A stretch of DNA of 64,000 nt from Candidatus Sulfomarinibacteraceae bacterium (GTDB lineage Bacteria > Acidobacteriota > Thermoanaerobaculia > Thermoanaerobaculales > Sulfomarinibacteraceae), in contig CAWCLO010000004.1 of NCBI GenBank assembly GCA_963796455.1, positions 864,001 through 928,000 on the forward strand, in the 5' to 3' direction. A program made the translations under genes and the position numbers. The notes beneath the pieces were generated by a model that was not told the DNA's origin, searched no databases, and worked only from the letters and a program-made list of their open reading frames with translations. This document shows, piece by piece, positions 1 through 8,312 of this stretch (its first letter is position 1; every line of letters starts with the position of its first letter).

Positions 1-149
1 TCCTCAGAGAGGTCGATTTCTTCTCCGACGAGATCCGGTAGATCGAATCTCATCAGTTTGTCGAACTCGTCCACGCACCATGTACCGAGGCATGCATTCA
101 ACAGGAGCAGGATCGCGATAACGGCGATTCGATTCAACATGGTTTTCAT
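1..149 (-). CDS. Cassette ORF, N-terminal part only (truncated by window edge); possible lipoprotein
   Basis: ATG just downstream of the attC; MKTMLNRIAVIAILLLLNAC... with hydrophobic leader. Confidence 0.6.
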   Translation of the reverse strand, partial: MKTMLNRIAVIAILLLLNACLGTWCVDEFDKLMRFDLPDLVGEEIDLSE

Positions 150-153
150 TTTC

Positions 154-222
154 ACCTAACGGTCCGAGTTCAGCGGACCACACCCGCCGCGGGTGGGGGT
201 CCGCTGGAATGAGGTGTTAGGT
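154..222 (-). repeat. attC site (69-bp main type)
   Basis: + strand acctaacggtccgagttcagcgg...ccgctggaatgaggtgttaggt. Confidence 0.95.
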
Positions 223-235
223 GCATATTTCACTA

Positions 236-628
236 TCAATCTACCGGTCTGTACCGCATAAATTCCAGTCGCGGAGGCCGCGGTGATTCCCGGGGAAGCG
301 GAACTGATCCAAAAGGAGTCTCGAGTTGGGCGTCAGGACTGAGATAGTGCATGAAAAATGCTATCCGCATTTTTCTATCGAGCATCTCAGGAATGTTGCG
401 GAAGACCGAGTTCAAGTCGGTGATCGCTCTGGTTCCTTCGGCATTGAGCAGTTGATCCATGTAAGCGACCTGCCATGAAGAGCGAGGTTTTCCCGGCCAT
501 TTCTGGGCAAAGGCAACCATGTCGAAGGCTTCGCCTGGACTGTCGATGGTGAGCTCGATCAAATCGCACGGTTCTTCTGACTCTACCGGGTAGACACCGA
601 GCACTTGGATGATTTCCTGCGATGCCAC
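236..628 (-). CDS. Cassette hypothetical protein (130 aa)
   Basis: ORF fills the cassette; GGAG RBS before the GTG start. Confidence 0.8.
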   Translation of the reverse strand: MASQEIIQVLGVYPVESEEPCDLIELTIDSPGEAFDMVAFAQKWPGKPRSSWQVAYMDQLLNAEGTRAITDLNSVFRNIPEMLDRKMRIAFFMHYLSPDAQLETPFGSVPLPRESPRPPRLEFMRYRPVD

Positions 629-642
629 TTTTTCTCCAGCCA

Positions 643-711
643 GCCTAACGGTCCGAGTTCAGCGGCCCGAACCCGCCGCGGGTGAGGGTCCGCTGGAATG
701 AGGTGTTAGGC
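643..711 (-). repeat. attC site
   Basis: gcctaac...gttaggc repeat copy. Confidence 0.95.
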
Positions 712-762
712 CCAGATTGCTGTCCAAGGCCGACACCCCTTCTGGTGGTTCACGTTTGCTGA

Positions 763-1107
763 TCATCCTGGAGACGCCAATCCAAGCAGCAAAAGCAGCA
801 TCATCAACAACGGGAGCGAAAACACGAGCAAACCAATTACTCCAAACCACCGAAGTGGGAGGTTAAGGCCAATACGTTCGTCTTCGGGTAAGCGCTTCGA
901 CATGAGTTGAATATCGACTGTCAGGAGCAGCAGCCCGACATGAACAATGAAACCTGAAGCGAGAAAAACAATGAAACCGGTACCCAGCGCGGAATCGAGA
1001 CCGTTCAACGGCCCAGCCGCGAGTAGAAATGACGCCGCCGCCAAGCAGACAAAACCAAATGCTGCATTCCACAAGACCTTTTTCGACGAAGATGGAAGCG
1101 CCCTCAT
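763..1107 (-). CDS. Cassette membrane protein (about 3 TM)
   Basis: Three hydrophobic stretches; fills the cassette. Confidence 0.8.
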   Translation of the reverse strand: MRALPSSSKKVLWNAAFGFVCLAAASFLLAAGPLNGLDSALGTGFIVFLASGFIVHVGLLLLTVDIQLMSKRLPEDERIGLNLPLRWFGVIGLLVFSLPLLMMLLLLLGLASPG

Positions 1108-1136
1108 GTCATGCCGTCCCTATGTTTCTCCAACCT

Positions 1137-1211
1137 GCCTAACGGTCCGAGTTCGGCGGCCCGAGGCCGCGCAAGGCGCGGACTTGGGTCCGCTGGAACG
1201 AGGTGTTAGGC
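1137..1211 (-). repeat. attC site (75-bp variant)
   Basis: Same ends as the main type; central cccgaggccgcgcaaggcgcggacttggg. Confidence 0.95.
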
Positions 1212-1245
1212 GCGATGCGACTCTGGATGTCCAGTTTCGATTCTC

Positions 1246-1803
1246 CTATCTCAGAACAGGTTGGTTGGTCCAAAACTCAATGAATGCTCCCGCTACATCT
1301 TCTGGGTTGCAGTACTCCGTGAATGCAAAGAGTTCTTCTTCGGACATCTCGCCCCAAAACATGGTTGTAACGACCTGGGAAGAGACTGGAAGATGTCGAC
1401 CGCGAAAGGCGCAGATTCCGTCTAGAAGTAATTTGTAGGCTGCCTCGACTTCTGTTGTGAAAGCCGGTTCATCAAGCTCGCAGAAGCGGTCAGCCCATCC
1501 TGAAATCGTATTATTCAGCGGTTCAAAGATCTCCAAGTCTTCCATGTGATGGGGCGAATCGGCAGGCGACCATCTGAGCTCATACCTCAGCCGCTCGATC
1601 GAGACCCCGTCGGAGGATTCCATTGCTTGGTACCTAGAAACGACCGCTCTGAATCCTTCCTCTGTGAAGATTGTGCAACCGAAGTAATCGATGAGGGATG
1701 TTGAAAACAGGGCTATCCCGTAAACGTCCTCATCGTATTTTGATAGCCACCACTTGTAGTAGCGCTCCAGAGCGTCCGCGATATCGTGAGTGATATCTGA
1801 CAT
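1246..1803 (-). CDS. Cassette DUF4303-like protein
   Basis: Acidic 185 aa; DVYGIALF...TEEG...ELRWSPADSPHH pattern. Confidence 0.7.
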   Translation of the reverse strand: MSDITHDIADALERYYKWWLSKYDEDVYGIALFSTSLIDYFGCTIFTEEGFRAVVSRYQAMESSDGVSIERLRYELRWSPADSPHHMEDLEIFEPLNNTISGWADRFCELDEPAFTTEVEAAYKLLLDGICAFRGRHLPVSSQVVTTMFWGEMSEEELFAFTEYCNPEDVAGAFIEFWTNQPVLR

Positions 1804-1810
1804 GACCTTA

Positions 1811-1878
1811 GCCTAACGGTCCGAGTTCAGCGGACCGAACCCGCCGGGGTGAGGGTCCGCTGGAATGAGGTGTTAGGC
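1811..1878 (-). repeat. attC site
   Basis: Repeat copy. Confidence 0.95.
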
Positions 1879-1888
1879 GTATCCATGT

Positions 1889-2356
1889 TCATTGTTCGTT
1901 CTCCGATATCGCTGATTGCAAAAACAACGAGTGAAAGTCGAAAGCTGCATAGGCAACACCTGTTAGGAAAGACAGAAAGATGACAACTGCTGCCAATAGT
2001 GGCCAGTCTTCGCGGAAAAACGAGTCGCTGTTGAGGATTGCGAAGTACGTCCATGCGGCTATGGGAAGGCCGATCGCAGAACTCCCGAACACAGTCCACT
2101 TCCCACCGAAGAGCAGAACTGGGATCCAGACGAATGCGACTCCGAACGAAAACACAAACACGAGAGCCGTACCGGCCACCGCGCCCAACGCCGCTGCACC
2201 AAGAGAGACGCCTACGGATTGCTCTGGCATTCGAATCAGGTATTTTCCAAACAGGAAAGCGAACGCTCCGACATACGGCAAGACGAGTGCGAAGACGAAG
2301 AGATGGAATCCAATTCGTCCGAACGTCTGCAAGGTGGGAAGGTGTTTTGGCTTCAT
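1889..2356 (-). CDS. Cassette multi-pass membrane protein
   Basis: 4-5 hydrophobic segments; fills the cassette. Confidence 0.8.
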   Translation of the reverse strand: MKPKHLPTLQTFGRIGFHLFVFALVLPYVGAFAFLFGKYLIRMPEQSVGVSLGAAALGAVAGTALVFVFSFGVAFVWIPVLLFGGKWTVFGSSAIGLPIAAWTYFAILNSDSFFREDWPLLAAVVIFLSFLTGVAYAAFDFHSLFLQSAISENEQ

Positions 2357-2366
2357 TCTGGTAACT

Positions 2367-2435
2367 GCCTAACGGTCCGAGTTCAGCGGACCACACCCGC
2401 CGCGGGTGGGGGTCCGCTGGAATGAGGTGTTAGGT
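2367..2435 (-). repeat. attC site
   Basis: Repeat copy. Confidence 0.95.
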
Positions 2436-2663
2436 TCTCCATTCGTGTGGCGTAACGATGATTGCGCCGCAACCCAGGCAGCGAAAAGCGACTTGCTTGT
2501 CATTGTCAGCCAGAATATCAACTTCCTTCCCCCGATCAAAAGGCTCAAATCGTAGTGCCGCGGTGCCGGGCCCTACGGCGAAAAAAGTGAAAACGAGCCC
2601 ATGAATACGGGCGTAACCTCGTATCAACTTCCCACCGCACGCCTTGCACACAAATTCACTCAT
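2430..2663 (-). CDS. Cassette small zinc-ribbon protein (CKAC...CLGC)
   Basis: MSEFVCKACGGKL...AFRCLGCG; stop codon lies in the attC inverse core. Confidence 0.7.
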   Translation of the reverse strand: MSEFVCKACGGKLIRGYARIHGLVFTFFAVGPGTAALRFEPFDRGKEVDILADNDKQVAFRCLGCGAIIVTPHEWRT

Positions 2664-2665
2664 GG

Positions 2666-2914
2666 TCAGGTAACCGGATTGGCGCCAGCAAGAACGAGAC
2701 TCTTGCAGCCGTTGCATTTGTACGCCGCACGCCTCCCGCGTTGATTCAGTACGGCAATCTCCTGTCTCCGGTCGCCGTTGGGGGAAAAGTAGAGTTTTTT
2801 CCATGTCGGCGAAAAAAGAAATATCTGGGTAACACTTACATGAAGGTACGCGCTCCCCGCAGTTATTGATTCACCGCATCTCGGGCAAATTCGGGTGTGT
2901 GTTTCTTGGACCAT
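2666..2914 (-). CDS. Cassette small zinc-ribbon protein (CPRC...CNGC)
   Basis: ICPRCGESI...AYKCNGCK; same layout as its neighbour. Confidence 0.7.
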   Translation of the reverse strand: MVQETHTRICPRCGESITAGSAYLHVSVTQIFLFSPTWKKLYFSPNGDRRQEIAVLNQRGRRAAYKCNGCKSLVLAGANPVT

Positions 2915-2963
2915 CAGTACCAGCTATGAAGTACTACGCGTTTGGAAGTTGAATCTTCCAGAA

Positions 2964-3032
2964 ACCTAACGGTCCGAATTCAGCGGACCGAACCCGCCGC
3001 GGGTGAGGGTCCGCTGGAATGAGGTGTTAGGG
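2964..3032 (-). repeat. attC site
   Basis: Repeat copy. Confidence 0.95.
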
Positions 3033-3041
3033 GATACCTTT

Positions 3042-3473
3042 CTACAGCGGATCATAGTTGCACCATTTGACTTGACCTACATCCAATTCGTGTGACGACT
3101 GCAAACGAACCAAAACGATGCTCTCGTCCTTTGGGATCTGGGGATCAAACCGGATGTCGAGGCCGTCCGCCATACCTAGGATTTCATGGTTGAACTCAGC
3201 ACCTGACGAACTCACCAAGGTGGCTTCAATGGTGACCTTACCAAGGTTCTCAACAACGATGTGATCCCACGGGGGTTCTGGTTGCCAGGTGCACAGGAGT
3301 TCAACTCGCAGAGACGCCAAACGATGAGTTCGAACCAGTGGTGGATAACACTCGAATTCGGTAGGAACAGGATTCAGTCGAAACGGGATGTCTGATACCA
3401 CGACATCGTTGGCGCCTCCACCGAAGCAGGAGAGCTGAACGATGCAGATCAGGAAGAATGTTCCTTGTCTCAT
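3042..3473 (-). CDS. Cassette putative lipoprotein/secreted protein
   Basis: Signal-like N-terminus ending QLSC. Confidence 0.75.
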   Translation of the reverse strand: MRQGTFFLICIVQLSCFGGGANDVVVSDIPFRLNPVPTEFECYPPLVRTHRLASLRVELLCTWQPEPPWDHIVVENLGKVTIEATLVSSSGAEFNHEILGMADGLDIRFDPQIPKDESIVLVRLQSSHELDVGQVKWCNYDPL

Positions 3474-3491
3474 AATCGTAATTCCGGGGTT

Positions 3492-3560
3492 TCCTAACGG
3501 TCCGAGTTCAGCGGACCAAACAGCCGCGCTGTTTGGGTCCGCTGGAATGAGGTGTTAGGT
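3492..3560 (-). repeat. attC site
   Basis: Repeat copy with covarying stem caaacagc/gctgtttg. Confidence 0.95.
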
Positions 3561-3564
3561 GTCA

Positions 3565-4233
3565 TCAATCTTGCTCGACATAGATACCTTGCGGATGTCG
3601 AAAGAACCTCCCGTTCACTATGACGATGTCCGCTTCGAGTTCGATGGTTTCACCCTTCTGATAATCGGACGAGTCGGCGACTTCGGGTCTTCCGCAACGG
3701 CTTCGGCTCACAAGTGTGTAGCCCGCCGCGTTGCTCTGGAAATAGTAGGGCTGGCCCCACCCGTCTCGAACCGGGACTGAGGTTTGAGGATCGAGGACCG
3801 ATTTGAGTTGACTTAGTGAAGGGGACAGGGGGTACGTTCCGTTTCGACTATGGTAATCGTCTAATTCCGCCGCAATCGATTTCATGTCGGCCATGGTTCT
3901 CTTCTGGCGACCGCGCTCGATCGCTCCAAACATCTCGGGCCCGCACGCGAAAGCGCCGATGAACCATGGGAACAGCAATAACCCAGCAAAAACCTGTGAT
4001 CTCCAGATAGCTTCGTCCGCGTTGAAACATGGGAGGCGGTGAAGGGTGAAGAACCCGGCCACGATGATGAAACTCACCGCGAGGAAAACCACCCAACCGT
4101 TCCGCTGGGCCCAGGTACAAGAGTTGATTTGGGCGAGACAAGTTGCCAGGCCTAATACCCAGGCGGCTATCAAGACTAAAACACCTAAAGCGATCCAGCC
4201 GACTGATCGAAGTGTTGACTTGAGTTCAGCCAT
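3565..4233 (-). CDS. Cassette membrane protein with C-terminal GspG/T2SS pseudopilin-like domain
   Basis: 3 TM segments, then RQKRTMADMKSIAAELDDY...TYP...DGWGQPYYF...YTLVS. Confidence 0.75.
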   Translation of the reverse strand: MAELKSTLRSVGWIALGVLVLIAAWVLGLATCLAQINSCTWAQRNGWVVFLAVSFIIVAGFFTLHRLPCFNADEAIWRSQVFAGLLLFPWFIGAFACGPEMFGAIERGRQKRTMADMKSIAAELDDYHSRNGTYPLSPSLSQLKSVLDPQTSVPVRDGWGQPYYFQSNAAGYTLVSRSRCGRPEVADSSDYQKGETIELEADIVIVNGRFFRHPQGIYVEQD

Positions 4234-4255
4234 TAGTTGTGCACCTGATTCCAAT

Positions 4256-4324
4256 ACCTAACGGTCCGAATTCAGCGGACACCACCCGCCGCGGGTGGGG
4301 GCCCGCTGGAACGAGGTGTTAGGT
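4256..4324 (-). repeat. attC site
   Basis: Repeat copy. Confidence 0.95.
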
Positions 4325-4369
4325 GAGGTGTTCACGAAACGGTCCAAAACCCAGCAAGGTCGCCCGAAA

Positions 4370-4675
4370 TCAGACACGGACCGACGCCCAGATGAAGAAC
4401 CCGATAGCGATGAAGAACCAGCTGATTGGGAAAGCATATATGTAGCCAGCGAAGGTGTGGAACATGGTCGGTTTTGGAACCTGCCTCCAGATGGTTCTCC
4501 GTGACACGAGGAAGGCGACAACTCCGAGAAGCGAAACTGCGCCACAAAGAAGTAGTGCGTAGAGGAAGATGGCTGGACCCTTTCCTACGTTTGGGGGCGC
4601 GAATATCGCCACAACGAAGCACAACCAGCCTATTGTCTGAAGAACTATTCGGGTGACGATCGGTAGCTTTTTCAT
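4370..4675 (-). CDS. Cassette membrane protein (3 TM)
   Basis: MKKLPIVTRIV...; hydrophobic. Confidence 0.75.
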   Translation of the reverse strand: MKKLPIVTRIVLQTIGWLCFVVAIFAPPNVGKGPAIFLYALLLCGAVSLLGVVAFLVSRRTIWRQVPKPTMFHTFAGYIYAFPISWFFIAIGFFIWASVRV

Positions 4676-4693
4676 GAGCCAATTGCTGGTTTC

Positions 4694-4762
4694 ACCTAAC
4701 GGTCCGAATTCAGCGGACCACACCCGCCGCGGGTGAGGGTCCGCTGGAATGAGGTGTTAGGC
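4694..4762 (-). repeat. attC site
   Basis: Repeat copy. Confidence 0.95.
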
Positions 4763-4795
4763 GTATTAACGCTGTGTTTAGGCACAGTTCTGAAT

Positions 4796-5197
4796 TCATG
4801 CGATTGCATCGAGCACCTTATCTAGTTCTCCGCTATCTGCGAGTCTCTTGAACTCGGCGGGCGAATTCGCCAATTTGAAAAGCGACCTTTTAATGTTCTC
4901 GGCAGAGAAAGGCAGGTCAATCCACTCACCATCGCCTGCCAGATCCTCGAACGAGATGAGATCCTCGTGGTACCAAGTGTGGTCTGCGAAGTAGACTGCA
5001 GGGTCGTCTGCTCCCACAACGATCGCGTTCCCGCCGATGGTCGTAGCAACAACCCACCATTCAAATTGATTCAGAAACCCGCCTGGCGATACATCGGGGG
5101 CATTCTCAAGTTCGAGCCGGCGCGCATCACACCAGCGAATCTGTGACGGCCCGAAATTCAACTGTGCGATGCGGTCCAGAAGATCGTCGAAGTCCAC
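4796..5197 (-). CDS. Cassette acidic protein, SUKH/SMI1-KNR4-like immunity fold (tentative)
   Basis: WWVVATTIGGNAIVV...PAVYFADH motif; GTG start with GAAGGG RBS. Confidence 0.6.
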   Translation of the reverse strand: MDFDDLLDRIAQLNFGPSQIRWCDARRLELENAPDVSPGGFLNQFEWWVVATTIGGNAIVVGADDPAVYFADHTWYHEDLISFEDLAGDGEWIDLPFSAENIKRSLFKLANSPAEFKRLADSGELDKVLDAIA

Positions 5198-5209
5198 GCT
5201 TGTCCCTTC

Positions 5210-5278
5210 GCCTAACGGTCCGAGTTCAGCGGACCACACCCGCCGCGGGTGGGGGTCCGCTGGAATGAGGTGTTAGGT
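5210..5278 (-). repeat. attC site
   Basis: Repeat copy. Confidence 0.95.
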
Positions 5279-5288
5279 GTTTGATACA

Positions 5289-5468
5289 TCACTTTCGTTT
5301 CTTCTCACTCGAGGCGGTTCGACCCTTCGGAGTTCGTCCAACGATCGCAGCTCCAAGCATTGCTGGCAGCGCCCACAGAAGATTCGGTCCGCTGCCAAAA
5401 TATCCATCAAGCGCGAACACAAGAAGGCCCCCGACGATTAGAACCCAACCAAGTTGTCTCAGCGTCAT
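5289..5468 (-). CDS. Cassette 59-aa two-TM micro-protein (below the ORF-track cutoff)
   Basis: MTLRQLGWVLIVGGLLVFALDGYFGSGPNLLWALPAMLGAAIVGRTPKGRTASSEKKRK; fills the cassette. Confidence 0.7.
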   Translation of the reverse strand: MTLRQLGWVLIVGGLLVFALDGYFGSGPNLLWALPAMLGAAIVGRTPKGRTASSEKKRK

Positions 5469-5498
5469 ATTTTGATTCTGCCTCTATTCCGCTCTTTC

Positions 5499-5573
5499 AC
5501 CTAACGGTCCGAGTTCAGCGGCCCGAGGCCGCGCAAAGCGCGGACTTGGGTCCGCTGTAATGAGGTGTTAGCC
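5499..5573 (-). repeat. attC site (75-bp variant)
   Basis: Repeat copy. Confidence 0.93.
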
Positions 5574-5579
5574 ATGGTT

Positions 5580-6053
5580 TCACTTGAAACGATCATCAGC
5601 CACATTCGTTTGCCTCCGCGCATGTTCCAGCCAACCTTCGCGGATCTGGCCACGATCATCAAACTCACCAACATACGGTTTGATATCTAGGACTGGCGTG
5701 CCTTCGAGGAGGTCAACTCCTTGAATTGCCAGTGTGTTTTCCTCGATACCAATCAGCTTCACTACCGAGAGGCCAATCGGGTTCGGCCGACTTGGTGCGC
5801 GGGTTGAAAAGAGGCCCCGGAGTTGGGTGTCGAGAAACGGCACCACCTTCAAACGAAAATTTCCGGTCTTGTGCAGATGACACAGGAGGATTATGTGTGA
5901 GAACCCATCAAGGTCGCATAGGCCATCTGCAAACTCCCGAAAGACCTTCACAGTTCCTGCGGCGTTTTTTGCGCGTGAAGGCTGGATCGGAGCCCCTTCC
6001 GGTTCTTTGAACGGGCTGTGAACGACACCGATCGGCTCGTATTCGATTTTCAT
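5580..6053 (-). CDS. tsaA: Cassette TrmO/TsaA-family SAM-binding tRNA methyltransferase
   Basis: PIGVVHSPF...GLFSTRAPSRPNPIGLSVVKL...GVDLLEGTPVLDIKPY. Confidence 0.92.
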   Translation of the reverse strand: MKIEYEPIGVVHSPFKEPEGAPIQPSRAKNAAGTVKVFREFADGLCDLDGFSHIILLCHLHKTGNFRLKVVPFLDTQLRGLFSTRAPSRPNPIGLSVVKLIGIEENTLAIQGVDLLEGTPVLDIKPYVGEFDDRGQIREGWLEHARRQTNVADDRFK

Positions 6054-6072
6054 GATGAACGTATCCTAGCTT

Positions 6073-6141
6073 GCCTGGCGATCCGAATTCAGCGGACCGA
6101 ACGCGCCGCGGATGAGGGTCCGCTGGAACGAGGTGTTAGGT
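6073..6141 (-). repeat. attC site with mutated recombination core (GCCAGGC instead of GTTAGGC)
   Basis: + strand gcctggcgatccgaattcagcgg...gaggtgttaggt. Confidence 0.88.
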
Positions 6142-6558
6142 GTTTTCCTCCGGATCGAACATTTTCACCATATGTTGCAGGGCCTCGGCAAAGGTTTGAT
6201 ATTCGTCTTGAGACGAAAAGCTGACGTTACCGCCATCCCCGATACAGAAACGATCTTTCGACCGAGACCATCTGAGCGTGAAAGAGTCTCTTTGACCCAA
6301 CCACAACTCATGCTGAGCCCACCACTCGAAGATGATCAGGTCATCACAGCGGTGGATATCCAGTGAATCCAGGCATGGCACCCCGTCAACGATCGAGTAG
6401 AAGTGGGTCAGCTGCTTTGTGACGTGTGGCGGAACCTCTCGATCATCTGTCCTTTCCTTGAATAGGTTGAGGGAGCTTTCGTCCGCAGGTTCCATCGTGA
6501 CGTCGTGCTCGTCGAATAGTGGTTTGAGCAGCGCCTCAATGCTGACTGTACTCGCCAT
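6136..6558 (-). CDS. Cassette SMI1/KNR4-like protein (tentative)
   Basis: EPADESSLNLF...VPPHVTKQLTHFYSIVDG...TFAEAL pattern; stop lies in the attC. Confidence 0.6.
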   Translation of the reverse strand: MASTVSIEALLKPLFDEHDVTMEPADESSLNLFKERTDDREVPPHVTKQLTHFYSIVDGVPCLDSLDIHRCDDLIIFEWWAQHELWLGQRDSFTLRWSRSKDRFCIGDGGNVSFSSQDEYQTFAEALQHMVKMFDPEENT

Positions 6559-6577
6559 GGCGTTGTTTCCTTCCTTC

Positions 6578-6646
6578 ACCTAACGGTCCGAGTTCAGCGG
6601 CCCGCGGCCGCCGCGGGTGAGGGTCCGCTGGAATGAGATGTTAGGT
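6578..6646 (-). repeat. attC site
   Basis: Repeat copy. Confidence 0.95.
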
Positions 6647-7165
6647 AAGCCTTCTCTCGATTTCATCATTGAGTCGATCCAGACTGTCATTGAGGTGGTG
6701 AACCAAAGCTGAATACGCGTCGTCTGGCGAGTAGAGCGGGTTGAGCAGGGAAAACCCTTGTGAGATCTCAGACACCTCTCTGCCAAATGTAACGGTTTCT
6801 TCGCCGTGGAGTTCAGTAAACGAGGTGATCTGGTAATCGCTAGTTCCTTCGAAATCGCCGCGGAGTTTCTCCCAGGTCACCCCGTGCTTGGCCATGCATC
6901 GCATGACCGATTCCAGAACTGCCGCGCACTTTGGCGCCCCGATTCGCTGAAGCGCGTCGGCCGTTGCTCTGAGGTGTCTGCCGTTCGGGTTTTCGAGAAA
7001 CCCGATCATTCCATTCATGTCGATCTCTGTGTCACAGTCGATCAACATTACTGTGAGATGGAGAGGATTCGATAGGTTCGGGTAGTCCGATTCGTCCCGG
7101 ATCAGGGAAAGTGGTTCCTCGTAGATTCTTACCGACAGGTCTTCAATGACTTCTTCAACTGCCAT
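6641..7165 (-). CDS. Cassette DUF4375/DMP19-like acidic protein
   Basis: DTEIDMNGMIGFLEN...ATADALQRIGA motif. Confidence 0.75.
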   Translation of the reverse strand: MAVEEVIEDLSVRIYEEPLSLIRDESDYPNLSNPLHLTVMLIDCDTEIDMNGMIGFLENPNGRHLRATADALQRIGAPKCAAVLESVMRCMAKHGVTWEKLRGDFEGTSDYQITSFTELHGEETVTFGREVSEISQGFSLLNPLYSPDDAYSALVHHLNDSLDRLNDEIERRLT

Positions 7166-7174
7166 GGTTCAATT

Positions 7175-7243
7175 GCCTAACGGTCCGAGTTCAGCGGATC
7201 GAACCCGTCGCGGGTGAGGGTCCGCTGAAATGAGGTGTTAGGC
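7175..7243 (-). repeat. attC site
   Basis: Repeat copy. Confidence 0.95.
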
Positions 7244-7275
7244 ATTGCTTTCAAGTTCATTTCCAAGCCGGACCG

Positions 7276-7593
7276 CTATGATTCTCTGTCCCACTCGACG
7301 TATACCTCGTCGGAGAAAAGGCCGAAAAGAGTGCTGCCGAGACAAACCCATCCGCTCAAGGTTCTTTCAGGACCGTCCGCAACCGAAATACGGAACACGC
7401 GCTGCCGACCAATAACAGTCCAAGAGAAAGGCCCTCTATCGATCGCGCAGATCTTGGCGCTCTGAAGTTCGATTTTGTGCTGATCCGCCCACCTCTGCAG
7501 CGCTACGAATCCGGATCTGCGGTACCACCACAACCCTAGCAACATCCAAGACACCATAAGGCAGATCACGGTTAGAAAAAGCAGTGTCTTCAT
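7276..7593 (-). CDS. Cassette single-TM protein (105 aa)
   Basis: N-terminal TM; fills the cassette. Confidence 0.78.
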   Translation of the reverse strand: MKTLLFLTVICLMVSWMLLGLWWYRRSGFVALQRWADQHKIELQSAKICAIDRGPFSWTVIGRQRVFRISVADGPERTLSGWVCLGSTLFGLFSDEVYVEWDRES

Positions 7594-7612
7594 TAGGGCT
7601 ATTGCAACCTTT

Positions 7613-7683
7613 ACCTAACGGGCAGGGAGTTGAGCGGACCGAACCCGCCGCGGGTGCGGGTCCGCTGGAACGAGGTGTTAAGC
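7613..7683 (-). repeat. attC site, hybrid (R'-side spacer resembles the second attC type)
   Basis: acctaacgggcagggagttgagcgg...gaggtgttaagc. Confidence 0.9.
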
Positions 7684-7700
7684 ATACCGTTCGTTCATTC

Positions 7701-8084
7701 TTACAAAGGATCCTTCACGGATTCGAGCATTGGCTGCAAACGCTTCCATAGAAGAGGCTGGTCGCGTTCGAGACCCCAGACTCCAGTCAACGCCAAACGA
7801 AACTTGGCGTCTTTTCGTGCGAGTGACTCGATGCGCGCAAAGTAGCTGTCTCCAGCTGCTCGCAACAGGTCTTCGAGAGGACCCGCTGCCACCTTCGCCA
7901 AGAGTGCCGGGGCTCCCTCAGGTATTCGCCGTACTAACTCGGTTGAGATTTGCCAGAGTGTTTCCCACTCCCGCTCGGACGCCATATCGGCGAGTTTTTC
8001 GAAGGTCCAGAACAACCCGTCGTCACCGGTCTTCAAATACTCGAGGTGGTCTTCTATCAACCGGTCTTTTTCTTCAGCGTTCAT
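7701..8084 (-). CDS. Cassette DUF6869-like protein
   Basis: VAAGPLEDLL...IESLARKDAKFRLALTGVW motif. Confidence 0.72.
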   Translation of the reverse strand: MNAEEKDRLIEDHLEYLKTGDDGLFWTFEKLADMASEREWETLWQISTELVRRIPEGAPALLAKVAAGPLEDLLRAAGDSYFARIESLARKDAKFRLALTGVWGLERDQPLLWKRLQPMLESVKDPL

Positions 8085-8102
8085 TTAGTACCTATCACTT
8101 TT

Positions 8103-8175
8103 GCCTAACGATTCGAATTCAGCGGACCAGACCCCCGCCGCGGGTCGGGGTCCGCTGGAAGCTGAGGTGTTAGGC
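8103..8175 (-). repeat. attC site (slightly diverged)
   Basis: gcctaacgattcgaattcagcgg...gaggtgttaggc. Confidence 0.9.
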
Positions 8176-8312
8176 ATCGACAGAAATGTTGCATATGTGG
8201 CATCCTACGAGCCCGAAGAGCGCTGCAATTCCTAGATTATCAAAATTCCTACGCCCCAAATAATGAAGAGGCGAGGTGTTGCTGGGCCCCAAGGGATTCC
8301 ACGTGAATTTCT

